From positions 8,351 to 72,350 of the forward strand of contig CAYUVA010000013.1 in assembly GCA_964448115.1 (NCBI GenBank): a DNA stretch of 64,000 nucleotides, in the 5' to 3' direction. Each line of letters begins with the position of its first letter. The first letter of the stretch is position 1. Source of the stretch: an uncultured bacterium. GTDB taxonomy: Bacteria > CAYUVA01. The notes under the pieces were generated by a model. It was given only the letters and a program-made list of their open reading frames with translations. It was not told the DNA's origin and ran no database searches. Both the position numbers and the translations under genes were made by a program. This document shows positions 8,562-18,636 of this stretch, piece after piece.

Positions 8562-10855
8562 ATTTTCGCCTCTATTCCGTAAGTTAGTTTATGGTTAATA
8601 ATATAACAAGCAAGCAGAGCCAGAGATAAAAGCGATATGAAGGTTCCGATCCTATAAGAATATGGCTCGAAGCGAGCGGTAATAGTGCCTGATTTATTTT
8701 GTGTTCCTGCCGGGATAATCACCTGATTGTCGATTATATCGAGTTTAATGTCGCCAAGGTAAGCCCTCCACCCCGGATAATCATTCAAGGGCAATGATAA
8801 TCGCTCCTGGCTGCCATCCAGCTCGGCGGTAATGCGGTTTCTTCTTAAGATTATATCCCTATTGCTTATGCTGCTTGCAGTCCTCGTCTTTTGATCTACC
8901 CATAATGGGATCTGATAAACATAGATTTGAAGTCGCCGGCTTTTCCTGGTTTCAGCCTGCATGACAGGAAGCGTTGCCTGATAGACAAGTTTTGCCCGCT
9001 CATCCTCGACCTGTTGAAAAGATACAAGGTATCGCACCCCGATCTTAGCCATAGCAGGCAGCGAATCGCCTAAGCTGCCCCCCGTATAAGGCTTGCCGAT
9101 GCCCCAGACAACCCGCTCTCTCAGGTAGCGGTCATGCTCTGCCATGCGCAGAGTCGAGGTGGTCATTATGCTCTTGATGTTATGAATCATTGTCGTATCA
9201 GAGGTTATAAAAGCCCTGTAATGGGCTGGTTCGCTGCTTTTAGGCAAAAGCCTCTGAAGGTAATGAACGCGGGATAGATCGCCATCGGCCTGCAGGAATC
9301 TGATATAGCCAGGCTGGAGTTGAATGTCGCTATCGGGAACTGACGGGTTGTAGCCTCTGGCAAAAAGGCAAAGGTCGATGATGACAAGCAGCGAAAGCCC
9401 GTGAGGCAGCCATCTCGGATTGCGCCATAGAATGGCAAAGACCAGTATCAGCAATCCGCACAGTGCAATTGAAACCTGTGCAATATTGCGCAGATTACCT
9501 GGCGATGTGGAGTTGAATATCGCCTTGATTATCTTAGGGGAATCCGTGTTCTGGGTATATGTTCGCTGTTGCTGGTAGAGCTGTTGGATCTCGCCCTTAT
9601 GGTTAGCTATTATCGACCCTGCAAAGTATATGAGCAGGCTTATAGCTGCAATAATCACTATAGCTTCTATTGTCCAGCGCGGAATAATTCGTCGAAGTAA
9701 AAGCTGTAACAGTTTCTCCAAGCCCGCCCCTGCCAGCAAAGCGCCGCACAAGCAAAAGACCATTGAAAATCGAGCCGGGATACGAAACAAGCTGAAGCCG
9801 GGCAGGTAGGCTAAGAGGCAGTGAATAAAGCCATACTTGCCGAGCATGAGCAATAATGACGCAATGAATGCGACCTTTATCGGCATAAGCCTCCTGTTTT
9901 TCTGCGAGATACCCAAGCCGATCAGCAAAATGCTCCAAAGCCCCAAGTAACACGCCTGCTCCCAGAAGAACGGCTTGCCCCAGTAATCCCCACCCGCGAT
10001 AGGATTCGGCGCGCCGAAGAAATATGGATGGAGCAATGTGATCAGGTGCAAAGGATGGAAGCTGCCGCCGATCACCTCGCTGCCGCTCAATCCACCGGCA
10101 CGGATGGAATGCATGGACAACTCCAGGGTTGGTATGGTCTGTGCAGCTCCTAGAAGCATGGCAATTACAAGCAATAATGGAACAGACCAGGCTTTGGCTC
10201 TATTTTCACCAGGTAGCCGTGCCCCATAATAAAAAGCCAGATAGATCACCATCAGCAGTGTATAAAATGTTACCTGAGGGTGGCTGCCCAGCAGTTGAAA
10301 GGCAAGAAAAAGCAGCAGCATTACAGCATATCTGGCAGTTAAACCCCTATGCCTCGATTCAATGTAACCGAGCAGGCTGTATAATACCCAGGGGAACAAG
10401 GCAGCGCCGATGATGATGTTGAGCTGGTGCAGGTGAGCGACCATGAAACCGCACAGCATATAGATCGCGCCGCACAAAAAAGCGCCATAAGAGGCGATAT
10501 CGAATCTCCTTGCCAAAAGAAATGCACCCATGCCAGCGACAACATAATGGCTGGTAATTAACTGTTGCAAGGCTGCAACAGTAGAAAAAAGCAGGAACAA
10601 CAGGAAGGTCGGCGGATACAGCATCCCGGTCTCGCCCTCGGCAAATAGGGGGAACCCACAGTATATCTCGTGGATCCAGAGGGGGATTACGCCCTGCTTG
10701 AGCGACTGGGCAAGCTCGAAGCGATAAGGGAGGTGCAGCGACTTCATATCGTAGAAATATGGGATCTCCCCGCGCAGGAAGGCAAAAAAGACCACCAGCA
10801 CAAGCAATGTATAGATAACAAGAGCGCTAGCAATCGATTTGGCTTCGGGTTTCAT
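8558..10855 (-). CDS. YfhO-like polytopic membrane protein (putative GT-C glycosyltransferase)
   Basis: IPLW..YCGFPLFAE..LYPP, SHPQ, FRIPARF, YPGWRAY and many TM helices. Confidence 0.8.
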   Translation of the reverse strand: MKPEAKSIASALVIYTLLVLVVFFAFLRGEIPYFYDMKSLHLPYRFELAQSLKQGVIPLWIHEIYCGFPLFAEGETGMLYPPTFLLFLLFSTVAALQQLITSHYVVAGMGAFLLARRFDIASYGAFLCGAIYMLCGFMVAHLHQLNIIIGAALFPWVLYSLLGYIESRHRGLTARYAVMLLLFLAFQLLGSHPQVTFYTLLMVIYLAFYYGARLPGENRAKAWSVPLLLVIAMLLGAAQTIPTLELSMHSIRAGGLSGSEVIGGSFHPLHLITLLHPYFFGAPNPIAGGDYWGKPFFWEQACYLGLWSILLIGLGISQKNRRLMPIKVAFIASLLLMLGKYGFIHCLLAYLPGFSLFRIPARFSMVFCLCGALLAGAGLEKLLQLLLRRIIPRWTIEAIVIIAAISLLIYFAGSIIANHKGEIQQLYQQQRTYTQNTDSPKIIKAIFNSTSPGNLRNIAQVSIALCGLLILVFAILWRNPRWLPHGLSLLVIIDLCLFARGYNPSVPDSDIQLQPGYIRFLQADGDLSRVHYLQRLLPKSSEPAHYRAFITSDTTMIHNIKSIMTTSTLRMAEHDRYLRERVVWGIGKPYTGGSLGDSLPAMAKIGVRYLVSFQQVEDERAKLVYQATLPVMQAETRKSRRLQIYVYQIPLWVDQKTRTASSISNRDIILRRNRITAELDGSQERLSLPLNDYPGWRAYLGDIKLDIIDNQVIIPAGTQNKSGTITARFEPYSYRIGTFISLLSLALLACYIINHKLTYGIEAKI

Positions 10856-10959
10856 TATTTTATGCAGCCTTTATTCAAGGCTATATTACATTCTTCACCC
10901 CTTACAGGGCAAATTTTATCCACAATAATTAAGGCACGACAGTTAGGGAGTGAGTAGAT

Positions 10960-11185
10960 AGAAAGAGATCTCACGCAAAGATCGCAAAGAAAGAAGCGAT
11001 AAAGTGATGGAGTGATGGAGGAAAGGAAAAGCCCCTCACCCCCCGCCCTCTCCCTGAGAGAGGGAGTCCAGATTTTATCGGGAGGAGAGGGTTAAGGAAA
11101 AAGTGAATATGTCATTGCCTGTGAGTCTGGCGCAAGCCAGTGAGGAGTTCGAGAGGACATGTTTTGGTGGTTTTGAGACAGAATA
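10960..11185. repeat. Composite intergenic repeat
   Basis: CACGCAAAG, GTGATGGA repeats, CCCCTCACCCCCCGCCCTCTCCC and GTTTTGGTGGTTTTGAGACAG, each shared with other intergenic regions of the window. Confidence 0.72.
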
Positions 11186-11269
11186 ACAACATCCTTGAAA
11201 TCCGCAGTTTTAATGGTATCTTATCACTGCTGACGCACTGTTGACGAACTAACCAAGGGAGCATATCTG

Positions 11270-12289
11270 ATGAAGGCAATGATTCTTGCAGCCGGCTTTG
11301 GGACGAGGATGAAACCCTTCACTGACATTGTTGCGAAACCTGCGCTGCCGCTACTCAATGTACCGATAATCAGGCACAATATCGCCAAGATCGCACAGGT
11401 AGGTATCAAGGAACTGATCATCAATCTGCATCACCTACCACAGACGATAAAGGATGCTGTAGATGGATACGATGAGCTGGAGGTAAGTATAACCTTTGTT
11501 GAGGAAGAGCAGATTCTAGGCACTGGGGGCGGACTTAAAAACGCTCAGAAGATTATTGGGGATCAGACCCTGCTGCTTATCAATGCAGATATCTTTCATC
11601 AAGTGCCACTAGGTGATGTGATCAAGTTTCATATCGACCACGGTGGTCAAGCTACCATGGTTTTATTACGAGCCGAGGAAGCGGAGTTTCCGCTTCTTGG
11701 CGCAACAGAAAGGCTGAAGATAAATGACTTTCTAGGTCAGCGTTTCACGGACCATGAGATCGTGCACCGTGGAGTATTCACTGGCATCCACATTCTTGAG
11801 CCTATGATATTCGATTACATCCCCGAAGGTCGCTTTTACGAGATCAACCAGCGCGCCTATCCTGCCATGCTGCGCGAGTTCCCCAACTCGGTGAACGCCT
11901 TCATGTACCAGGGGTACTGGACAGAGCTGGGGGACCCGAAGCGATATTTGCAGGCGCACTATGACATACTGAAGAACCCGATGCTCATGTCGCCGACATA
12001 CAATTACGCCCAGCCAAGGGGGGTGCACATCACCGAGATAATGAATCTGGACAATGGCTCGGTATTGTATCCACCCTCGTTCATAGGAGAGGAGCTTCAA
12101 ATCGGCGCTTCTGCCAGGATCGGTCCCTATGCCTTCATTGGGGAAAAGGTCAATATAGAGGATGATGTTGTCATCAGCCACGCGGTAGTTATGGAGGGAG
12201 TAAAGACCGAGAAGAAAGGCTCCTATCGCAACGGCATATTCGCCTGGGATAAGGTAAACAACCGATTGGTCGAGCATCGTCTCGACTAG
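11270..12289 (+). CDS. NDP-sugar pyrophosphorylase (mannose-1-phosphate guanylyltransferase-like)
   Basis: MKAMILAAGFGTRMKP, LGTGGGL, NADI, C-terminal hexapeptide repeats. Confidence 0.88.
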   Translation: MKAMILAAGFGTRMKPFTDIVAKPALPLLNVPIIRHNIAKIAQVGIKELIINLHHLPQTIKDAVDGYDELEVSITFVEEEQILGTGGGLKNAQKIIGDQTLLLINADIFHQVPLGDVIKFHIDHGGQATMVLLRAEEAEFPLLGATERLKINDFLGQRFTDHEIVHRGVFTGIHILEPMIFDYIPEGRFYEINQRAYPAMLREFPNSVNAFMYQGYWTELGDPKRYLQAHYDILKNPMLMSPTYNYAQPRGVHITEIMNLDNGSVLYPPSFIGEELQIGASARIGPYAFIGEKVNIEDDVVISHAVVMEGVKTEKKGSYRNGIFAWDKVNNRLVEHRLD

Positions 12290-13426
12290 CTAATCGATAA
12301 GCGAGTGGATCTCCCGGGCTGCTGTAGCTGAGGCATCCGAGTTGCCCAGGATCGACCTTATCCCTCTTAATGCCTCTATTTTCTGCTTATAGGCATGCTG
12401 GTCTTGCAGTAAATCTAGGATTTGCGATGAGATAGCTTTTGGCTTGGCATCATCTTGTATCAGTTCAGCCACGACCTGCCTTCCAGCGATGAGGTTAGGC
12501 ATGGCAATGAAGGGAACATCAACCAGCCAGCGGGCGATTCGGTAACTTGTAGCACTTACCTTATAGACCACCACCATCGGTGTTTCGCAGAGCGCAGCCT
12601 CCATGGTAGCGGTGCCGGATGCGACTATGGCACACTTTGCCAGCTTCAGGGTGGGGATCGAGTTGCCCCTGATCGCCTTTATGGGAAGACGGCTAGCTCC
12701 AATCGCTTGCTCCACTGGTTGGATATGTATGCTCGATGCCACTGGAAGCAGGAATTCCACCGCGGGTTCTGCTTGATGAATAAGGTGAGCACTTTGCAAG
12801 AATAGCTCCAACATGCGATCCAGCTCGCTCATTCTGCTTCCGGGGAGCAAGGCGACATAGGTCTTGTCGCCCCTGAGTTTGTACTGAGCCATGAACGAAT
12901 TGCTGTCCTGTACCTGTGATACGCGCTTGACCAGGGGGTGTCCGACATAGCGAACCGGAATCCCAGCTTTCTTATATAGATCTTCCTCAAAGGGGAGGAT
13001 CACCAGCATCTTTTTCACCATAGCCTTGAGAGTTGTGATCCTCCCTTTTCTCCATGCCCAGACTTGCGGACTTATGTAATAGGCTATGTCGATTCCCATC
13101 GCTTTCGCAGCCTTTCCGAGCCTGAGATTGAAGTCTGGATAGTCGATGAGTACCAGCAGATTCGGTCGGTACAGGGACAGGGTTTCCACCAGCATCCTGA
13201 ATATTCGCCTGATGACAGCAAAGCGTCCGATGACCTCGGAGAATCCAACCACGGCGAGGTCATCGATGTTTGCTATTAGCTTGATGCCTGCTCTGCGCAT
13301 TGCAGCACCGCCGACCCCGTGGATCTCGAGTGTGGGATCAATTTTTAGAAGCTCCAAGGCAAGCTCGGCGCCGTGTGCTTCGCCGCTGCTTTCTCCGCTG
13401 ATGATGAAGATGCGTTTATCGCTCAT
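12290..13426 (-). CDS. lpxB: Lipid-A-disaccharide synthase
   Basis: GESSGE, IDYPDFN, SPQVWAW, YVGHPL, LLPGSR, SGTATME. Confidence 0.97.
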   Translation of the reverse strand: MSDKRIFIISGESSGEAHGAELALELLKIDPTLEIHGVGGAAMRRAGIKLIANIDDLAVVGFSEVIGRFAVIRRIFRMLVETLSLYRPNLLVLIDYPDFNLRLGKAAKAMGIDIAYYISPQVWAWRKGRITTLKAMVKKMLVILPFEEDLYKKAGIPVRYVGHPLVKRVSQVQDSNSFMAQYKLRGDKTYVALLPGSRMSELDRMLELFLQSAHLIHQAEPAVEFLLPVASSIHIQPVEQAIGASRLPIKAIRGNSIPTLKLAKCAIVASGTATMEAALCETPMVVVYKVSATSYRIARWLVDVPFIAMPNLIAGRQVVAELIQDDAKPKAISSQILDLLQDQHAYKQKIEALRGIRSILGNSDASATAAREIHSLID

Positions 13427-15003
13427 TTATAGCTCTTGATTAGCACTTTAGGGTAGTAAAAATCAAGTATCTCGCTCCATGAATGCCCTTCCTTTGCCAT
13501 CTGGTATGCGCCCCATTGGCTCATGCCGACCCCGTGTCCGAAGCCATTGCCCTTGAAGATGAACTTGTTCCCCTTTTTTCTCACCGAGAAAAGGGTGCTT
13601 TTAATATCCATCGCTCCCACCGTAAGGCGCAGCTTGTTCCCGTTTAATATCTCATTCCGCTCGCTGCCGATGATGCGAAGCGTGGCTGCCCTGCCACTCG
13701 GCGAGTATGTCTGTATCCTGACATCCTTTATCTTCCCGGTATCGTATCCGCCAGCCTTCAGCCTCTCTTCGAGGTCGGCGGCGGTTATCTCGAAGCTCCA
13801 CGAGATGCCGGGGTTGCCAGAGGGGAGCTTGAGGCTGTAAGGATCTTTCTTCACCACTAGGTATGGCGATGGCTTTCCCCATACATACCGGGCATCCTCG
13901 CTTATCCCGCCGTTATTGGAGTGGAAGTAGGCGCTTATCGGAACCGAGTCATAGGTCAAGATGGTCTTGTCGGTCAGCTTTACTGCCTCCTTGCAGGCAT
14001 CGCTGCCTGTTGCTGCGCCCTTATAGACCTGGGAGCAGATGTCGCTGGTCAGGTCATATCCCTTGTCCTGTCCCTGCATTACAGCCTGCCAGAGCCTTTC
14101 CACCAGGTAGGTGCGTGCCACCACTGCCTGAGCCTTGAGCACCTCCCGGTGCCAGTTGCAGGAGACCTCCTTGGATAAAACCCCAACGAGGTACTTATCC
14201 TGGCTCACATAGTTGATCACTATTATCCCCTTTGGCGTGCATCTAAGCAGCATCCAGCCCGGATAGTTATTCCCCTTGAAGTTAAGATAAGCCTGGGGGT
14301 TAGTCGTTATCTTGAGCCAAAGATAGTATCCATCGCCAACTCTCATTCCACGCGGGTGCTTCTCGATTTCAATAGATGTGAGATCCGAGCTTAGGACCGT
14401 ACCGTTGATGTCCATAATGTTTATCAGCGTCGGCATTGACTTGGCTTTAGGATTTATGGCGCTTATTGTAACCTTATCCATATCATCTGCGAGCAGGATC
14501 CTCACATCTTTCTCTAGCAGCTCGACATTCAGCTCATCGAGCTTTTTTTGGCAGTATGCGATGTAGAAATCGAGGTTGCGATGGTCGAAGTCGTAGCTGG
14601 CGGATTCGGCTGCAAGCTCCCTGAATATGGGAAGACTTTGATGATAAAGCCCAACGCTCATCATCGCCTGTGCGAGGTTCAATTTGAGCCGTTCTGCCTG
14701 TTGAAAATCAGGACAACGGGCCAGGACCTGCTGATAGCACTCTATCGCCTCGGCTGGCTTGAAGAGATTCTCGAAGAGTATATTCCCGCGCATAAAAATC
14801 GCCTGGCAAGCGATGCTCTGGTTGGCATCACCTGCGTTGGCGATGTCGGCGAGCAGATCCGCGGCGAGCGCGTAGTCCCCCTTGGTTCTTGCTGCAATAG
14901 CCTGTTGCCAGGATAGAGTTTCGGCAGCCGCTTGAGCAGGGAGACTTGGCGCTAAAGCAAGGGTAATCGATGTAACCAACAAAACTAACCGACAAGGAAA
15001 CAT
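13423..15003 (-). CDS. SpoIID/LytB domain protein with N-terminal TPR region
   Basis: Signal peptide, TPR-like helices, LKAQAVVARTY, QVYKG, GFGHGVGMSQWGA. Confidence 0.92.
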   Translation of the reverse strand: MFPCRLVLLVTSITLALAPSLPAQAAAETLSWQQAIAARTKGDYALAADLLADIANAGDANQSIACQAIFMRGNILFENLFKPAEAIECYQQVLARCPDFQQAERLKLNLAQAMMSVGLYHQSLPIFRELAAESASYDFDHRNLDFYIAYCQKKLDELNVELLEKDVRILLADDMDKVTISAINPKAKSMPTLINIMDINGTVLSSDLTSIEIEKHPRGMRVGDGYYLWLKITTNPQAYLNFKGNNYPGWMLLRCTPKGIIVINYVSQDKYLVGVLSKEVSCNWHREVLKAQAVVARTYLVERLWQAVMQGQDKGYDLTSDICSQVYKGAATGSDACKEAVKLTDKTILTYDSVPISAYFHSNNGGISEDARYVWGKPSPYLVVKKDPYSLKLPSGNPGISWSFEITAADLEERLKAGGYDTGKIKDVRIQTYSPSGRAATLRIIGSERNEILNGNKLRLTVGAMDIKSTLFSVRKKGNKFIFKGNGFGHGVGMSQWGAYQMAKEGHSWSEILDFYYPKVLIKSYK

Positions 15004-15080
15004 GACCAGTACCTCCTATTATAGAAACCAAGGGTATTGTAAAATATGCACCTCTTATTCACAAGCTGAAGTAAATCCCA

Positions 15081-15176
15081 CTACTTGAACTGTGAGAAAT
15101 AGCGGTTGATCTCCGGTGCTAGCTCAATGCCTGCCCTCTTTTCTATATCAAATTTCTGCCTGCTGTTTAATGACAT
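15081..15176 (-). pseudogene. Collapsed type II restriction endonuclease remnant (TdeIII-like termini)
   Basis: 31-aa ORF MSLNSRQKFDIEKRAGIELAPEINRYFSQFK, coupled to the MTase stop (TAATG). Its second half resembles the C-terminus I recall for TdeIII-family REases. Confidence 0.5.
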
Positions 15177-15463
15177 TATTTTTCCTTAAGATGAAAGATC
15201 GTTTCAGAGTATGCCTTTGATCTATCTTTCTCGGCTCTGCAAAGCACTGGTCTTTTATATTCAATTACTATTTTCATTCCTGCCAACTGTGCTATGTCTA
15301 TGTACAAGTTAAATTTAGCATTAGCCACAAGGAAAATATCATGGTCATCTTGAAGATACTTTTTGCAATTACTCAAAACTTTGGCAATATTTTTTATATA
15401 GCTTTCCTTTGCTTTTTTACCCTGACCCTCGAATCTTGGACCTATTTCCAGATTATCATTTCT
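15176..15463 (-). pseudogene. C-terminal fragment of a DNA methyltransferase
   Basis: Open frame RNDNLEIGPRFEGQGKKAKESYIKNIAKVLSNCKKYL...KRPVLCRAEKDRSKAYSETIFHLKEK, preceded by an in-frame TGA (15464-15466). AT-rich. Confidence 0.6.
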
Positions 15464-15523
15464 TCATACGATTAGCCATCCCGCCAGATACCCTGAAGTT
15501 AGGCAAGTATTACGCTAACGGAT

Positions 15524-16585
15524 CTATGTTAGCTTTGGCTCGTAGATGCAGAACGGCTCCTCATCAAGGTAATCGCCGGTTACGCCAAAGGCTCTAGCCC
15601 TGCATCCCAGGCAGAGACCACGATACTCGCATATACCGCATTTGCCCTTGAGTAAAGTAACATCTCTAAGCTGCTTGAATAAAAGTGAGTTGTTCCATAT
15701 CTCCCTAAATGGCTTCTCAAGCACATTCCCCGCCTTTACCGGCAGGTAACCGCAGGGCTGAACATCACCCTGGTGGGATATGAAGCAGACGCCGGAGCCG
15801 GCGAGACAACCCTTTGTTATGGCATGGAATCCATGTTTCCCCTTGAAGGCTGATTTGCCTTCATGCTGATGTAAGATTCGATAGTAATGCGGTGCACAGG
15901 TCGCCTTCAGCTCCATGGAGACCTCCTTGGAGCGATGATAGAACCATTCCAGCGTCTCCTCGTATTGCTGGGGTGAGATCATCATCGATTCGCTGATCTC
16001 CATCCCGCAACCGACCGGAACCAACAGGAATATATGCAGCGCGACCGCTCCCATGTTCTCCGCCAGGTGCATTATCTCAGGAAGCTCATTGATATTAGCC
16101 TTAGTGATAGTGGTGTTTAATTGCACAGGAATGCCCGCCGATTTAAGATTCTCGAAGCCATCCATAGCCCCCTTGAAGCTCCCTGGCAGCCCGCGAAAGC
16201 TGTCATGGGTCTGAGCTGATGCGCCATCGATACTAAGTGAAACGCGAGCCACGCTAGCTTCTTTGATTTTAATGGCCATCTTTTTATTGATAAGAACGCC
16301 ATTAGATGCCAGTGCGATGCGAAAGCCCTTTTGTACAGCGTAAGGGATGATATCGAACAGGTCCTTTCTGAGCAGTGGCTCTCCGCCGGTTAGCACCAGT
16401 ATTGGCTTGCCGACTTGTTCGATATCATCTATGGTCTTAAGTATCTGTTCGGTGTTAAGGACACCCGGCTCTGCATCATGGGGACCGCCGGCTCTACAGT
16501 GTAAGCAATCGAGGTTGCACCTGGAGGTCAGCTCCCAGAAGACAAGGCGTGGAGCTGGATAGCTATCTCTATGACTGGGGTGCAT
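15524..16585 (-). CDS. ahbD: Radical SAM/SPASM protein, heme b synthase AhbD-like
   Basis: WELTSRCNLDCLHCRA, LKATCAPHYYR, GCLAG..CFISH.G.VQPCGYL, SPASM cysteines. Confidence 0.8.
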   Translation of the reverse strand: MHPSHRDSYPAPRLVFWELTSRCNLDCLHCRAGGPHDAEPGVLNTEQILKTIDDIEQVGKPILVLTGGEPLLRKDLFDIIPYAVQKGFRIALASNGVLINKKMAIKIKEASVARVSLSIDGASAQTHDSFRGLPGSFKGAMDGFENLKSAGIPVQLNTTITKANINELPEIMHLAENMGAVALHIFLLVPVGCGMEISESMMISPQQYEETLEWFYHRSKEVSMELKATCAPHYYRILHQHEGKSAFKGKHGFHAITKGCLAGSGVCFISHQGDVQPCGYLPVKAGNVLEKPFREIWNNSLLFKQLRDVTLLKGKCGICEYRGLCLGCRARAFGVTGDYLDEEPFCIYEPKLT

Positions 16586-16712
16586 GAGCCTTATTTACCT
16601 TATAAAAGTTTTATTTTGACACCATCAATATACCTAAAAGCCATTTATTGGGCAAGCACAGGGATAGCTATAATAAAAAGATTATTAAAATCTGCGGGAA
16701 TAATTCTCAGAT

Positions 16713-16731
16713 GATAATGGTTATCATTATC
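16713..16731 (+). promoter_or_regulatory. Fur box
   Basis: GATAATGGTTATCATTATC matches the consensus GATAATGATAATCATTATC at 17/19 positions and lies 4 nt before the Fur-family ORF. Confidence 0.85.
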
Positions 16732-16735
16732 GATC

Positions 16736-17182
16736 ATGACATACAAGTTAAACAGAAGCGGTTATGACAAGCTGCGAATGAGCAAGCAGAGAAAGGCGAT
16801 CCTTAAAGCCTTGCGCAGCACGAAAAACCATCCTACAGCAGAGGAGATATACAACCGCCTTAAATCAGAGATCCCTCATATCAGCCTGGGAACCGTCTAT
16901 CGCAACCTGGAGATGCTATGCGATCTCGGCATGGTAGTCAAACTGGAACAGGGAAGCGGACAAAGGCGATATGACTATAACACCAAGCCACATCACCACA
17001 TCTTCTGTATCAACTGCAATCGGGTTGATGATATTGGCATTGAAACCCCTTTAGAGTTGATTGGTAAGATGAAAGTGCATAGCGATTATGATATAACTGG
17101 TTATAATCTATCATTTTATGGGCTCTGTCCCGATTGCCGTGAAGATATAAGACATAGCGATATGTCCGATGATCGAGAATAA
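16736..17182 (+). CDS. Fur/PerR family transcriptional repressor
   Basis: HPTAEEIY, SLGTVYRNL, HHHIFCINC, GLCPDC. The start could be the second Met at 16778. Confidence 0.93.
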   Translation: MTYKLNRSGYDKLRMSKQRKAILKALRSTKNHPTAEEIYNRLKSEIPHISLGTVYRNLEMLCDLGMVVKLEQGSGQRRYDYNTKPHHHIFCINCNRVDDIGIETPLELIGKMKVHSDYDITGYNLSFYGLCPDCREDIRHSDMSDDRE

Positions 17183-17202
17183 CTATCAATAGGAGGCTTA
17201 TT

Positions 17203-17427
17203 ATGGGCAATTGCAACTGCAATGACATTACAGATGAACAAAGGAAGGTTTTGAAAGCGCTGGCTGAAATAGAAAAGCCGGCTGCTAACAAAGAAATAGC
17301 AGCAACCAGCGGCTTGGATGTAAAGGTCGTGACCAAGGTGATCAAGCAACTCAAGGAACAGGGCTGTGTCGATAGCCCGGCAAGATGCAAATATGGAATC
17401 ACCGAGCAGGGAATCAATTGCCTGTAA
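17203..17427 (+). CDS. Small winged-helix (MarR-like) protein
   Basis: AGGAGG RBS; KVLKAL..EIAATSGLDVKVVTKVIKQLKEQG.VDSPARCKY. Confidence 0.75.
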   Translation: MGNCNCNDITDEQRKVLKALAEIEKPAANKEIAATSGLDVKVVTKVIKQLKEQGCVDSPARCKYGITEQGINCL

Positions 17428-17454
17428 TTGACAAGATAGGGGAGTTAACTAACA

Positions 17455-18027
17455 ATGACACTGAAGGGAACAAAGACCGAGAAGAACCTTTTGACCGCAT
17501 TCGCTGGCGAATCGCAAGCCAGAAATCGCTACACCTACGCTGCTGGAGTCGCCCGCAAGGAAGGCTTCGTGCAGATCGCCAAGATCTTCGAGGAAACCGC
17601 TGACCAGGAAAAGGAACATGCCAAGAGGCTATTTAAATTCCTTGAAGGCGGCGAGGTCGAGATACAAGCCGCATTCCCCGCTGGAGTTATCGGCAACACC
17701 GAGCAGAACCTCAAGGCTGCCGCCGAGGGTGAACACTACGAGTGGACCGATATGTATCCATCATTCGCCAAGGTGGCTAAAGAAGAGGGCTTCCACGAGA
17801 TCGCCTTCGTGTTCGAGGCTATCGCAATCGCGGAGAAACAGCACGAGAAGCGCTACCTGGCATTGATGGCAAATGTTAAAAATGGCACCGTCTTTAAGAA
17901 GCCGCAGCGAGTAACCTGGCGCTGCCAGAACTGCGGTTACATACACGAAGGAAACGAGGCGCCAGAGAAATGCCCTGCCTGCGCACACCCACAGGCGCAT
18001 TTCGAGCTGCTCGCCGAGAACTGGTAG
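17455..18027 (+). CDS. rbr: Rubrerythrin
   Basis: [37 protein letters not shown]. Confidence 0.97.
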   Translation: MTLKGTKTEKNLLTAFAGESQARNRYTYAAGVARKEGFVQIAKIFEETADQEKEHAKRLFKFLEGGEVEIQAAFPAGVIGNTEQNLKAAAEGEHYEWTDMYPSFAKVAKEEGFHEIAFVFEAIAIAEKQHEKRYLALMANVKNGTVFKKPQRVTWRCQNCGYIHEGNEAPEKCPACAHPQAHFELLAENW

Positions 18028-18102
18028 GAAAATACCTACTTACAATTAACAACTAACACCGTTTCGACAGACAACGATAAACGGTAATTGAGAGCTGTAC
18101 TG

Positions 18103-18546
18103 ATGGAAGGAAAAGAGTTGCAGCAGAGGCTGATCGAGAACATGAAGAACTGGCAGAAGGTCGAACACGCTGCCATTGTGCAGACCGCTAAGATCATGGA
18201 GAAAACAGAATATCCACTGATCAAACTGGTCATGGAAGTGATACAACGCGACTCGCAGATGCACTATAGGACGCAGGAGTTCATCGTTGACTCATTGCAG
18301 AAGGCATCAATCGCAATGAGTCCTGATGACCTGGTCGAGATCTGGGATCTGATCGAGGAGCACATCAAGATCGAGAAAAAGACCATCGAGCTGGCAAAGC
18401 AAGCGCTTAATGAGCTTTCAGGCAAGAAAATGGTGATCCAGCAGTACCTGCTCGAATACCTGCTAGCCGACGAGGAGAAGCACGACAAGCTCCTCGAAAA
18501 ACTCGAAAAGATCAAAAGCGGAATGTATCCCTACAGCGGGTACTAA
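18103..18546 (+). CDS. Ferritin-like four-helix protein
   Basis: DSQMH, EEHIKIE and DEEKHD diiron-type spacing; lies within the stress operon. Confidence 0.7.
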   Translation: MEGKELQQRLIENMKNWQKVEHAAIVQTAKIMEKTEYPLIKLVMEVIQRDSQMHYRTQEFIVDSLQKASIAMSPDDLVEIWDLIEEHIKIEKKTIELAKQALNELSGKKMVIQQYLLEYLLADEEKHDKLLEKLEKIKSGMYPYSGY

Positions 18547-18636
18547 GATCAACCGGGACGAGAGGTCATACATAAATCGCCTCTTGTCCGTATTCTCAAA
18601 ATGTAAATCAACCCCCTTAAAGATAGGGAGCATATC

